In this document: positions 18,785 to 28,116 of the stretch, piece by piece
Position numbering within the stretch: position 1 is the stretch's first letter
Layout of the letters: every line of letters begins with the position of its first letter
IMG/VR virus record: IMGVR_UViG_3300005673_000301
Length of the DNA: 64,000 bases
DNA from: a virus
Strand: one strand, 5' to 3'
Translations under genes and position numbers: made by a program
The notes under the pieces: generated by a model
Told to the model about the DNA's origin: nothing
Seen by the model: the letters and a program-made list of their open reading frames with translations, nothing else
Databases searched by the model: none

Positions 18785-19020
18785 TGGGCGCCTACAGGTC
18801 CCGCATCACAGCCGGACACCTGTGGTGTGTCGTCGGAGCTGTCGTTGTTGCCTGCGAAGCGGTCGCCCCACCGGGACAGTTGCTCAGTCACGGTGTCGAC
18901 CGCGGCCTGGAACGCGCGCCTTGGCTTGTGCGTGCGGGCGTGATCCTGATCGCCGCGCACCTACTGAACGTGCTACCGGAGAAGGTTGATCCCCTCGCCT
19001 ACATCGGGAACCTCCGCTAA
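18784..19020 (+). CDS. Small membrane protein
   Basis: Hydrophobic; LLSHGVDR...AHLLNVLP..VDP. Confidence 0.6.
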   Translation: MGAYRSRITAGHLWCVVGAVVVACEAVAPPGQLLSHGVDRGLERAPWLVRAGVILIAAHLLNVLPEKVDPLAYIGNLR

Positions 19021-19111
19021 CCGAAGACGTGTTCGGTCCATCCGCGGCTGTCGGATACAGTGGAAACAGAAACTACATTCGAATGTAGTACCTGCGAACT
19101 CGGAGACACGA

Positions 19112-19285
19112 ATGTTCCAACAGGGTGACATCGTCTACTGGCTCGACGGCCCCGGCCTCTACAAGATCAACGCGACCCGACACGGGTCCGCGCTCATCAC
19201 AACCGTCACAGAACCGGGTATCCCGCCGCGCATCGTGCGGCTCTCACGGCTAGCCCAGGTGGCAGCCGCCCCCATCCCCGCCTGA
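19112..19285 (+). CDS. Hypothetical protein
   Basis: GGAG RBS; ATG at 19112. Confidence 0.45.
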   Translation: MFQQGDIVYWLDGPGLYKINATRHGSALITTVTEPGIPPRIVRLSRLAQVAAAPIPA

Positions 19286-19332
19286 TCGTTGGCCGGCCAG
19301 GAGCCGCCACGGTTCCTGGAGGTCAAAGCAAT

Positions 19333-19815
19333 ATGGCACGTCGAGACAATCGCCCAGACACCGCGAAAGCGGAACTTCAGTACAAACGTAACAAATGTTT
19401 AGAGTTGCGGTTGGCTGGTAAAACGCAGTCGCAGATCGTTCAAGAGACCGGTTGGTCGAAGCAGAACGTATCCCGATACATCCAACAAGCGATCGCTGAC
19501 ATCACTCGTGAGAACGCTGAAGAGTATCTGGAACTCGAACTGCAACGTCTCGATGCACTCCAAGCGGCGTTGTGGAAAGAAGCGACTAGCGGTCGAAAAT
19601 GGTCCGAACAGAAGGTTGATCGGGTTCTCGCGGTCATCGACCAACGCGCCCGCATGCTCGGTGTCTACAAGACTGCGGAACTGAAGGCGATCGCCGACGC
19701 TAAAGGCACTGTCTCCGGTGAGACGACGTCGATGCTTGGTCGCCTTTTCGATGCGATCGACACTATCGCAGCTATGCCTGACGACGACGAAGACGCTGAT
19801 GAGGTTGAGGAGTGA
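19333..19815 (+). CDS. terS: Terminase small subunit
   Basis: N-terminal HTH, ELQRLDAL...RARMLG; directly upstream of terL. Confidence 0.8.
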   Translation: MARRDNRPDTAKAELQYKRNKCLELRLAGKTQSQIVQETGWSKQNVSRYIQQAIADITRENAEEYLELELQRLDALQAALWKEATSGRKWSEQKVDRVLAVIDQRARMLGVYKTAELKAIADAKGTVSGETTSMLGRLFDAIDTIAAMPDDDEDADEVEE

Positions 19816-22127
19816 ACGTCGACAACCTCCCGTTGTCGCGTAAACAAATCCTCGCCATCGCCTCCGCTCGCCGCAACCGGACAACAATCCTGTCCGGTGC
19901 GATCCGGTCCGGGAAAACGATCGCCAGCATCCTGATGTTCCTCGATGCGCTCAACAACCGGCCCGAATCTGGGATCGTCGCAATCGTCGGACGCACACTG
20001 CAAACCATCGAACGCAACGTGATCGAACCCATGCAGGACCCTGCGGTGTTCGGTGAACTCGCCAAACAGGTGCATCACACCCGCGGTTCGAGCCTCGCTG
20101 TGATCCTTGGGCACAACGTGCACCTGATCGGTGCGAGTGATGCGCGGGCAGAAGAAAAGCTACGCGGTATGACGGCGTGCCTGATCATGGTTGATGAAGC
20201 GACGCTGTTGCCGGAGAACTTTTGGACTCAGATCCATGGCCGCCTGTCGGTTGCGGGCGCGAAATGCCTCGCCACCACCAACCCTGACAATCCCGCCCAC
20301 TATCTGAAAACCAAGTGGATGGACCGCGCCGACGAACCCGAGATGCGGTTGTCGACCTGGCTGTTCACACTCGACGACAACCCCAGCCTCGACCCCGAAT
20401 ACGTGGAAACATTGAAGGCATCCTATTCGGGCCTGTTCTATCTGCGGAACATCCTCGGCAAATGGGTCGCCGCCGACGGCGCCATCTTCGACATGTACGA
20501 CCCCGACAAGCATGTCGTGAAGTGGGAAGACCTACCCGAAATGCGGTGGATTCTCGGTGTCGGTGTCGACCACGGCACCACCAACCCCACCCATGCTGTC
20601 ATGGTCGGGCACGGTGTTGACGACGTCCTCTACTGCATGGACGAATGGCGGTACAAAGCATCCGACAAGGAAGCCCGCTGGTCGAACGTGCAACTGTCGA
20701 AGGGTTTGCGGGACTGGCTACAGGAAGCCCACCACCCGCGCGAAAACCCCGACAACCCTGACGGGTTCCGCGGATACGTGATCGTCGACCAGTCCGCCGC
20801 CGACTTCCGGGTGCAGCTCAAACAGGACGGGCTCGGAACCAACCCCGCCCGGAAAGACGTGCTGTACGGGATTCGCACAATGACAGCGTTGATGGCGTCG
20901 AACCGGTTGAAAATCTCGGACCGTTGCCCTGAGTTGCTGAAAGAAATCCCCTCCTATGTGTGGGATACGAAAGCAACTGAGAAGGGCAAAGACGAGCCCG
21001 TCAAAGTAAATGACCACGGCTGTTTCGTCGCGGGAACACTCGTTGAAACTAGCGACGGGCCTCGACCGATCGAGCGGATCCGTCCTGGTGAAATGGTCTA
21101 TACACGGCTCGGGTTACGGCCCGTAGTCGCCAGCTGCCAAACGGGTGTTCTGCCCGTCCGTCAGGTAGAACTGTCGGACGGAACTATGCTTATCGGGACC
21201 GGGAATCATCCGGTATATGTCGCTGATCGAGGGTTCACGCCAATAGATGGTTTGCGCTATGGGGATATACTTGTTTCGTGCACAAGCGTGTTGAAACGGT
21301 CATCTTCAAAGGCGTCAAGTTCCGACGTTACCCGAATTCCGAACACGACTCGGACCGTCGATACTTCACGCCTGGGATCGCCGACAAACAGCGTGGTGTC
21401 AAGCGCCTCCACGAAGAAATCTGGATGGACGCCAATGGCGTTGCCGAGGTCCCTGCGGGCCATCACATCCACCACATCGACCACGATGTTTCGAACAACG
21501 ACCCAACCAACCTCGCCTGCATCACTGTCGAAGATCACCGGAAGCACCACGCCGACGACTTCCGCAACGATCCAGAGCGGATGGCCTGGCAGCGAGAGCA
21601 CATCGAACGTATCCGACCGCTCGCAAGTGCATGGCACCGCAGCGATGCAGGCCGTGCTTGGCATAGCGAGCACGGCCGACGCACATGGGAAGGCCGAAGG
21701 CCGCAGACTGCCACCTGTGATCAGTGCGGACACGAATTCGAGTCGTTGGTTCCCGGACGATTCTGTTCTAACAACTGCAAGTCGGCATGGCGGCGTCAAG
21801 CTGGATTCGACGACATCGACCGCGTCTGCGCGGTTTGCGGAGAAACATTCCGGATCAACAAGTACAGCCGAACGAAATGCTGCACCCGTAAGTGTGGTCA
21901 GCGTCTCCGATTCCTTGGCCCCGCAGCCGGTGTTCAACCTGACGGTCGCCGAGCAGCCTGAGTACTTCGCAGGCGGGGTGCTCGTTCACAACTGCGACGC
22001 GCTCCGTTACCTGCTGGTCACCTGTGAACGTAAGTGGCGGCGGTGGATCAAACTGAACGAACTACCCATCAGAACCGACGATGAAGATCCCGTTGACGAG
22101 TTCGAGAAGACGCCTTTCGCGGCATAA
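19812..22127 (+). CDS. terL: Terminase large subunit containing an intein
   Basis: GAIRSGKT Walker A, MVDEA Walker B, TTNP, GVDHG; NDHG|CDALRY restored after splicing. Confidence 0.95.
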   Translation: MNVDNLPLSRKQILAIASARRNRTTILSGAIRSGKTIASILMFLDALNNRPESGIVAIVGRTLQTIERNVIEPMQDPAVFGELAKQVHHTRGSSLAVILGHNVHLIGASDARAEEKLRGMTACLIMVDEATLLPENFWTQIHGRLSVAGAKCLATTNPDNPAHYLKTKWMDRADEPEMRLSTWLFTLDDNPSLDPEYVETLKASYSGLFYLRNILGKWVAADGAIFDMYDPDKHVVKWEDLPEMRWILGVGVDHGTTNPTHAVMVGHGVDDVLYCMDEWRYKASDKEARWSNVQLSKGLRDWLQEAHHPRENPDNPDGFRGYVIVDQSAADFRVQLKQDGLGTNPARKDVLYGIRTMTALMASNRLKISDRCPELLKEIPSYVWDTKATEKGKDEPVKVNDHGCFVAGTLVETSDGPRPIERIRPGEMVYTRLGLRPVVASCQTGVLPVRQVELSDGTMLIGTGNHPVYVADRGFTPIDGLRYGDILVSCTSVLKRSSSKASSSDVTRIPNTTRTVDTSRLGSPTNSVVSSASTKKSGWTPMALPRSLRAITSTTSTTMFRTTTQPTSPASLSKITGSTTPTTSATIQSGWPGSESTSNVSDRSQVHGTAAMQAVLGIASTADAHGKAEGRRLPPVISADTNSSRWFPDDSVLTTASRHGGVKLDSTTSTASARFAEKHSGSTSTAERNAAPVSVVSVSDSLAPQPVFNLTVAEQPEYFAGGVLVHNCDALRYLLVTCERKWRRWIKLNELPIRTDDEDPVDEFEKTPFAA
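21021..21992 (+). mobile_element. Intein (324 aa) in the TerL nuclease motif
   Basis: Starts CFVAGTLVETSDG, block B TGNHPV, ends VFNLTV...YFAGGVLVHN followed by Cys+1. Confidence 0.93.
21278..21961 (+). CDS. HNH endonuclease nested out of frame inside the intein
   Basis: RLHEEIW...HIHHIDHDVSNNDPTNL...H..HH; C-terminal CxxC Zn ribbons; GGGGA upstream of GTG. Confidence 0.88.
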   Translation: MHKRVETVIFKGVKFRRYPNSEHDSDRRYFTPGIADKQRGVKRLHEEIWMDANGVAEVPAGHHIHHIDHDVSNNDPTNLACITVEDHRKHHADDFRNDPERMAWQREHIERIRPLASAWHRSDAGRAWHSEHGRRTWEGRRPQTATCDQCGHEFESLVPGRFCSNNCKSAWRRQAGFDDIDRVCAVCGETFRINKYSRTKCCTRKCGQRLRFLGPAAGVQPDGRRAA

Positions 22128-22184
22128 CAAGTCTGTTTGGTGCCCCCGAATATGATCATGGGGAAACCAATCGAGGAGGCTGGA

Positions 22185-22445
22185 TTGTCTTTCGCGGATG
22201 ACGTTCATGAGGCGACAACCGCCCCCACCCCGCCGAAGCTTTGCAAGACTGGGGTGTGGTTGGAATCAATCAGTGACCGGGATCGGGCTGCGTTCGCAGC
22301 ATATGTTGCCGATAATCGGCCGATCACCACTTTGCATCAGATAGCGGTACAGAACGGTTGCACTGCTGCCGAAACCCGTTTCCGGTCCCACTGTCGTCAA
22401 CGCTGCTCTTGCTACATCAATAGTGAGATCGGAGTAGCTGCGTGA
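22185..22445 (+). CDS. Hypothetical protein
   Basis: GAGGAGG RBS before TTG; H..RQRCSC motif. Confidence 0.6.
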   Translation: MSFADDVHEATTAPTPPKLCKTGVWLESISDRDRAAFAAYVADNRPITTLHQIAVQNGCTAAETRFRSHCRQRCSCYINSEIGVAA

Positions 22446-23641
22446 GCCTCGCGGACGCGATCAACAACCAGCCACCCACTGATGACCCGGTGAACAAGGG
22501 GTCGATTGACGTCACCCCGGACGGTGCGGCGGTTAACAACGTGGTTGTGAACTCGCCGATCAACGAGGACTGGTCAACAGTTTTCGCGCTGTTCAACCTG
22601 TCGGCCGCAGACTTCGAAGTCGTCGACGATACCGTGAAAATGTCCACGTGGCAGCAATCTAAGCGGACTGACGACGGTACCCGTGACGTGATCCAACTGT
22701 ATTCGTACAGTGCACGGTTCAAACGGAAGCCGAAAGAACGCCTGCCTGAGGCGGAGGTTGAAGCGCGGCGAGAGCAGGTCCGTAACTGGGTCCTTCCCGC
22801 GCGTCGCCCGGTTTCCGGTGGGCGTCCTTCGGTGGCTGCGGTGGTCAATCTCGCGGACATTCAGGGCGGCAAGTCGGAGGGCGGCGGTGTAGCAGCGACC
22901 CAACAGAGGTTGTTGGATGGGCTCGCGAACCTGCACGCGTGGTTGGAGCAGCAGAGCGCCCACTACGACATCACTGAACTGGTGCTTGTCAATAACGGTG
23001 ACCCGATGGAAGGTTGCGACGGCAGCTACGCGTCGCAACTGTTTACGGTCGAGTTGAATACTCGTGGGCAAATGAACTTCGTGCTCGACATGTGGGAACT
23101 GTATGCGAAAGCACTGTTCCCGCAGTTCGAGAAGGCCCAGTTCGTGTCCGTGTTGTGTAACCACGGCCAGTTGGGGCGGCAGAACGGCCGCGACAACAAG
23201 ACCTCGGACAGCGACAATGCGGGCGGGTTCCTCGCCGAAACGTTGCGTCGAATCCTCGCCGCACGCCCTGAGTTCGACCACGTCGAGTGGACCATTCCGC
23301 ACGACGAGATGAACGTATATACCACTGTCGCTGGGGTGCCGCTGGCGTTCAACCACGGTCACAAAGTGCCCGGCAACGGCGCGACGGGATTCGAGAAGTG
23401 GCTCAACGGGCAGGTCCGCGGCGATCTGAACGCGCATGCCGCCCGTATCTGGCAGACCGCCCACCGGCATCATTTCGCGTGCTGGGACATGGGTTCCTGC
23501 ACGGTATTCCAGGCCCCCAGCCTTGACGGGGGATCGAAGTGGCTGCGCGACACCACCGGTCAATACGCACGGTCTGGCATTCTCGCCTACCTCGTGGGTG
23601 ACCATTCCCCGCTGGGCTGGTCCGATCTCGCGTTCCTCTAG
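22442..23641 (+). CDS. Metallophosphoesterase (Mre11/calcineurin-like fold)
   Basis: ADIQGG, NGDPME, CNHG, NHGH, AHRHH, QAPSLDGGS. Confidence 0.8.
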   Translation: MSLADAINNQPPTDDPVNKGSIDVTPDGAAVNNVVVNSPINEDWSTVFALFNLSAADFEVVDDTVKMSTWQQSKRTDDGTRDVIQLYSYSARFKRKPKERLPEAEVEARREQVRNWVLPARRPVSGGRPSVAAVVNLADIQGGKSEGGGVAATQQRLLDGLANLHAWLEQQSAHYDITELVLVNNGDPMEGCDGSYASQLFTVELNTRGQMNFVLDMWELYAKALFPQFEKAQFVSVLCNHGQLGRQNGRDNKTSDSDNAGGFLAETLRRILAARPEFDHVEWTIPHDEMNVYTTVAGVPLAFNHGHKVPGNGATGFEKWLNGQVRGDLNAHAARIWQTAHRHHFACWDMGSCTVFQAPSLDGGSKWLRDTTGQYARSGILAYLVGDHSPLGWSDLAFL

Positions 23642-23705
23642 ATTTTGTTGATTCTTTCATAGCGCCAACGGTTTTCGAGCGCATCCCTTTCCTATTGGAG
23701 GTGGC

Positions 23706-25340
23706 ATGTCGCTGCCCGATTACCGTGGCGAGTTCCCCCCGAAACCGTGGGACACCGCGCAAGCCGCCTACCACATCTTCGACTCCTGGTGGAGCGGAGA
23801 CGTGGAGGAGTTGCAAGCGATATACAGCGACCAGAGTTATCTCCCGCACCCGCGGCCGAGTCAGTTCAGCGGAGGACTGCGGGGGAGAATTGCAAGATTC
23901 TGGTACGGACGCCCGATTCTTCAAGATTCGAAACGCCTCCATGTTCCTGTCCCTGCTGATGTCGCAACCACGTCCGCTGACCTGCTGTTCGGGCAGCCCC
24001 CATCGTGGCTTCTGACGGACGGTGACGCCACTAATCTTGATGCCGCGCAGGCACGTTTGAACCAGCTCTTGGATGGCGCCGACACGGTCGCGACCCTGTT
24101 GGAAGCGGCAGAGATCCAGGCTGCGTTGGGTGGCGTGTTCCTGCGGTTGTGGTGGGATCAGTCCGCTACCGACAAGGTGATGTTCGGGGCTGTGGCACCG
24201 GATGCGGCGATCCCGGTGTGGCGGTACGGGAAGCTCGCTGCGGTCACGTTCTGGACGATCGTCGCCGTGGACAAGATGGGTGTGTGGCGGCATCTGGAGC
24301 ATCACGAACCAGGGTCGATCGAGCACAAACTGTATTGCGGTGACTCGAAAACCATTGGTCGCGCTATGCCGTTGGCGGATCAGGAAGCGACTGCGTGGGC
24401 TGCTGAGTTGGTGGACGAGAATTCGTCGATCACTACCGGTGTTGATGGTTTGACGGCCTGTTATGTGCCGAACGTGCGGCCTGCTCGCAGGTGGCGCAAC
24501 ATCCCGAACCTGTCGCCTCTGGGGCGCTCCGATTTCGAGGGTGTCGAACAACTGTTTGACCAGTTGGACGAGGTGTGGTCGTCGTGGATGCGGGACATCG
24601 ATCTCGCGAAAGCGCGGTTGTTTGTGTCTGCGCGCGCGTTGGACGACAACGGCCCCGGTAAGGGGGCGACGTTCAATCGGGATCAGGAGATCTTCACTGC
24701 GGTCCCGACGGACGACATGAGCCTTGATGAGGACGGTGGCGTCCGTTTGGTGCAGGCGCAGCAGTTCGCGATTCGGGTGCAGGAGCATTCGGATACGTGC
24801 GAGAAGCTGTTGAAGCAAATCCTTCGTGCTACCGGCTATTCGGCGGCCGACTTCGACGAGGACGGTTCCACTGGTGCGATGACCGCGACCGAGGTGTCCG
24901 CGAAGTCGAACAAGTCGAACACGACCCGGAACCGGAAGATGCTGTATTGGCAGGCCGAGTTGCCTCCTTTGGCTCGTACCGCGCTCGAACTGGATCGTGT
25001 CGTGTACGGCGGCAAAGACTACGGGTTGAAAGCAGACCCGGAGATGGTGTTCCCGGTCCGTGTGGACCAGGACCCGATCCAGTTGTCGACCGCGATTTCG
25101 AACCTGCGCGCGGCGCAGGCTATTTCGATTGAAACGTCTGTGCGTATGTTCCATCCGAACTGGTCGAACACCGAAGTTGAAGATGAAGTGAACCGGATCA
25201 AGGATGAGGTTGAAGTTTTCGCTCCCGAACCGGGCGACTTCACCGACCAAGATGAGACCGTGGATGAGCCGCACAGCGATGTGCGTGTGGATGGTGACGA
25301 AATCGGGGGCGTAGATGCCGCTGACTCCGTCGAACGGTGA
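23706..25340 (+). CDS. Portal protein
   Basis: Size and position; LGRSDF, WMRDIDL, TATEV motifs. Confidence 0.9.
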   Translation: MSLPDYRGEFPPKPWDTAQAAYHIFDSWWSGDVEELQAIYSDQSYLPHPRPSQFSGGLRGRIARFWYGRPILQDSKRLHVPVPADVATTSADLLFGQPPSWLLTDGDATNLDAAQARLNQLLDGADTVATLLEAAEIQAALGGVFLRLWWDQSATDKVMFGAVAPDAAIPVWRYGKLAAVTFWTIVAVDKMGVWRHLEHHEPGSIEHKLYCGDSKTIGRAMPLADQEATAWAAELVDENSSITTGVDGLTACYVPNVRPARRWRNIPNLSPLGRSDFEGVEQLFDQLDEVWSSWMRDIDLAKARLFVSARALDDNGPGKGATFNRDQEIFTAVPTDDMSLDEDGGVRLVQAQQFAIRVQEHSDTCEKLLKQILRATGYSAADFDEDGSTGAMTATEVSAKSNKSNTTRNRKMLYWQAELPPLARTALELDRVVYGGKDYGLKADPEMVFPVRVDQDPIQLSTAISNLRAAQAISIETSVRMFHPNWSNTEVEDEVNRIKDEVEVFAPEPGDFTDQDETVDEPHSDVRVDGDEIGGVDAADSVER

Positions 25341-26928
25341 CCATGTTCATGGTCGGTTCACCCGATTGTATCGGCGGCTCGACACCGCGTTGTGGCGGCA
25401 TCTAGCCGCTTTCCTGCTGTCCGGTCGTGGCAACGCTGGTGGGTGGCGGTCACGGATGTTGATGCGGCGCCCACAGTTCCGGGTGGGTGTCGAACGCCTT
25501 GTGGCTGATGCGGCGCGGGTGTCCCCGGATGTGGCTGCGAGCATCGTGGAGCGAGCGTGGCGGGACGGCGCAAGCATGGCCCGCGCCGATACACGGTCCC
25601 GTCGTGACGTTTACGAACCTGCCGCTGTGCGGTTGATCCTTGATCGAGTCGCGGCAGCAGTCGCGGCGATGCACACTCACATCCCGCAGCACGCGGACCG
25701 CGTGTACCGCGAAACCATCGCTGACGTCGGTCGCGGCCCGGATTTGGATGAACCAGGCAGGGTGCGGCGTGTCGCCCGGTTTTTGAGCCGGCAGGCGCGG
25801 GCTGGGTTTGTTGGGTTGGTTGATCGGCATGGTCGCCGGCGTGAACTGGTCACCTACGCTGAGCAAACCATCCGTGGTGCGGTGTCGGCGGCTGAGGTTG
25901 ACGGTTACTGTCGGCAGGCGGTCGCGGACGGGTTCGACCTGTTCATCGTCTCCGACGTCGCTGGGTCCTGCGCTCTGTGTAGCCCGTTTGAGGGCCGGTT
26001 GATTTCTATCACTGGCCGCACGGTGGGCGCGATCTCCCGCAACACTGTTGATGGGGTTGCGGTCCGTGTGGATGTGGTGTGTTCGCTGGCGGAAGCGTTG
26101 CAGCGGGGCCTGTTTCATTACGGGTGCAGGCACACGATCAAGGTGTGGTCGCCGGATGATCCGGCACCTCCGCGGGCTGTGCGTGCAACCCCGGCTGTTG
26201 TGGCGCAGCGGCGCCGTGCTGCGGCGGATGCGCGTCGGGAACGGCAAGTGGAGCGGGTCGCGATCGTCGCGCAGGTCGCGTCGAACGGTGGTGTCCCGCC
26301 CGATGGTTCCCATCCGCAGAGGCGCTTGTCGAGTGTTCCGCCTCCTACTCCACCTTCACCACCGACAGGCGGCGGTGGTGATGACGGTGGCGACGACTTC
26401 TATCGTGTGCCGGTCGCGAACATCGTCCACAATCTGGGGCGGCTTTCGCAACCCGAACGTGATGCGGTTGAGGGGTATGCGCTCAGCCCTGAGCTGATCA
26501 ACGCGACCTTGCGGGGGCAACAGGCTCCTTCACCGCTGGTCGAATCGTTGATCGAACGCATCCGCTCTGCGCTGCATCGACAGACAGTCCCCGAGACTGT
26601 GCGGGTTTCACGCGAACTCGACGGCGACATCCTCGGCATCACCGGTGAGGCCAGCGCCCGAAGGCTGATCGGTACCGAGTTCGTGGAACTCGGGTTCATG
26701 TCGACCAGCATGGCCGCGAACCCGCCCCGCAACCTCGCCCGCCGCAACCCGGTCATCCTGGACCTGATCGTCCCCGCAGGCACGCATGCTCTCGCGATCG
26801 GCGAGCTAGCGGAGTTCCCTGCCGAGCGGGAACTGTTAGTCATCGATGCTCGGCGAATCAGCATCGTCGGGGTATCCTACGACGACAGGAAACGCATGTG
26901 GAGGCTACGAGGCTATGTTGTCGGTTGA
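25315..26928 (+). CDS. Minor head (MuF-like) protein fused to a VIP2-like ADP-ribosyltransferase
   Basis: CALCSPFEG...GLFHYGCRH; C-terminal INATLRG, VSR, GFMSTS, ERELL (R-S-E). Confidence 0.85.
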   Translation: MPLTPSNGDHVHGRFTRLYRRLDTALWRHLAAFLLSGRGNAGGWRSRMLMRRPQFRVGVERLVADAARVSPDVAASIVERAWRDGASMARADTRSRRDVYEPAAVRLILDRVAAAVAAMHTHIPQHADRVYRETIADVGRGPDLDEPGRVRRVARFLSRQARAGFVGLVDRHGRRRELVTYAEQTIRGAVSAAEVDGYCRQAVADGFDLFIVSDVAGSCALCSPFEGRLISITGRTVGAISRNTVDGVAVRVDVVCSLAEALQRGLFHYGCRHTIKVWSPDDPAPPRAVRATPAVVAQRRRAAADARRERQVERVAIVAQVASNGGVPPDGSHPQRRLSSVPPPTPPSPPTGGGGDDGGDDFYRVPVANIVHNLGRLSQPERDAVEGYALSPELINATLRGQQAPSPLVESLIERIRSALHRQTVPETVRVSRELDGDILGITGEASARRLIGTEFVELGFMSTSMAANPPRNLARRNPVILDLIVPAGTHALAIGELAEFPAERELLVIDARRISIVGVSYDDRKRMWRLRGYVVG

Positions 26929-27142
26929 GGAATTCGACGCCTTGAGCCGCGCTGAGATGCTGACCTATGCGCGGCAGCTCGACGACGAGTACATGGGTAT
27001 GCCTAGTTTGCCGTCGGAGAAGGAACTCCAAGCGTATCGGGATGAGGGCAAGACCCCTCCTGATCCTGGTCCTGGCCCGTTTCGTGTGCGGCGCTCGGCA
27101 TTGCATAGCGAGTTCACCACAATAATCCAGCATCCCGAATAG
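26915..27142 (+). CDS. Small protein, candidate immunity partner of the ADP-ribosyltransferase
   Basis: Overlaps toxin 3' end; 75 aa; function inferred from position only. Confidence 0.5.
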   Translation: MLSVEEFDALSRAEMLTYARQLDDEYMGMPSLPSEKELQAYRDEGKTPPDPGPGPFRVRRSALHSEFTTIIQHPE

Positions 27143-27151
27143 CATTCGGTT

Positions 27152-27216
27152 TCTTCCGTAGTGTAATGGCTGCACGACTGTTTCAGTCGGTTCAGGTTCG
27201 ATTCCTGACGGAAGCG
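27152..27216 (+). ncRNA. tRNA-like RNA lacking a normal anticodon loop
   Basis: CTTCCG/CGGAAG acceptor, TA-GTGT-AATGGCT-GCAC D arm, GACTG-TTT-CAGTC arm (3-nt loop), TCAGG-TTCGATT-CCTGA T arm. Confidence 0.75.
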
Positions 27217-27256
27217 CTTCCATAATCTTGCCGCCCATCTAAAAGGCGGTATTCCG

Positions 27257-27290
27257 ACCCCCGGGTTTCTTTCCGGGGGTTTCGTCATTT
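27257..27290 (+). terminator. Putative intrinsic terminator
   Basis: ACCCCCGG/CCGGGGGT stem followed by TTCGTCATTT. Confidence 0.5.
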
Positions 27291-27349
27291 CAACACCCGT
27301 GTAGCCAGGCTGCTACAGGGGTGTTTCTGCGTGTCCAGGAGGCACATTC

Positions 27350-28096
27350 ATGGCCGACGAAGCCACCCCCCAGGAAACCACAACTGAAAACACGCCTGTC
27401 GAAACGGTAGAGACCCCGGTCGAAACCCTCGACACTCCGGTAAGCGGTGGCGACGATCGTGCCACCGACACCGAAACCCCCGCCGAAGACACCGACACCA
27501 AGCCTACGGCCGATCCTGAGATCGCCCGACTGAACAAGGAAGTGGATCGCCTCCGCAAAGAGGCCGCCGCGAACCGCGTGAAGGGCAACGAGAAGGCCGA
27601 GAAAGCAGCTCAGGAGGCTGCGAAGAAGGCCAGCGAAGAACTGGTGTCGAAACTCGGCAAAGTCCTCGGCTACGTCCCCGACGAAACCGAACCCGATCCT
27701 GCGGAACTGCTGAAGCATGCGCAGGAACGGGAAGCTCAGCTTGCGGCCGAACGCGATTCCGCGAACGAACGACTCCGCAACTATGCACGCAAAGACGCCC
27801 TGTCTGCTGCCGCCGTCAAGGTGGATGGCGATTTGGCGTCTCTCCTCGATTCCCGCACCGTGAACGCGGCTATCGAAAAACTCGACACTGACGCCGACGA
27901 TTTCACTTCCCAGGTGGAAGCGATTGTTTCCGACGCGGTCGAATCCAACCCGAAGCTTAAGAAGGCTGTCCAGGTGGCGGCTCCTCGTAGCGGCGGTGAC
28001 CTTTCTGGCGGCAACGCGGCACCCAAAACGCGTGGCCCGAATTCCGTTGAAGACTTCCGCCGCGAAATCGCTGAAAAAGCGAAGCGGAAGCTCTGA
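27350..28096 (+). CDS. Capsid scaffolding protein
   Basis: Acidic N-terminus, LRKEAAANRVK coiled coil; precedes capsid gene. Confidence 0.85.
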   Translation: MADEATPQETTTENTPVETVETPVETLDTPVSGGDDRATDTETPAEDTDTKPTADPEIARLNKEVDRLRKEAAANRVKGNEKAEKAAQEAAKKASEELVSKLGKVLGYVPDETEPDPAELLKHAQEREAQLAAERDSANERLRNYARKDALSAAAVKVDGDLASLLDSRTVNAAIEKLDTDADDFTSQVEAIVSDAVESNPKLKKAVQVAAPRSGGDLSGGNAAPKTRGPNSVEDFRREIAEKAKRKL

Positions 28097-28116
28097 CTAC
28101 TCTAGGAGCCAAATAA

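Noticed and set aside
19021..19036. Second LexA box (CCGAAGACGTGTTCGG)
   Set aside because: Three mismatches to consensus; too weak.
21278..21961. Group I intron or programmed double frameshift in terL
   Set aside because: The TerL frame is uninterrupted and has complete intein splicing motifs, so no RNA splicing or frameshift is needed.
27152..27216. Calling this a normal tRNA-Lys(TTT)
   Set aside because: A 7-nt loop would leave a shortened stem and G rather than U at position 33; the arm is too short.
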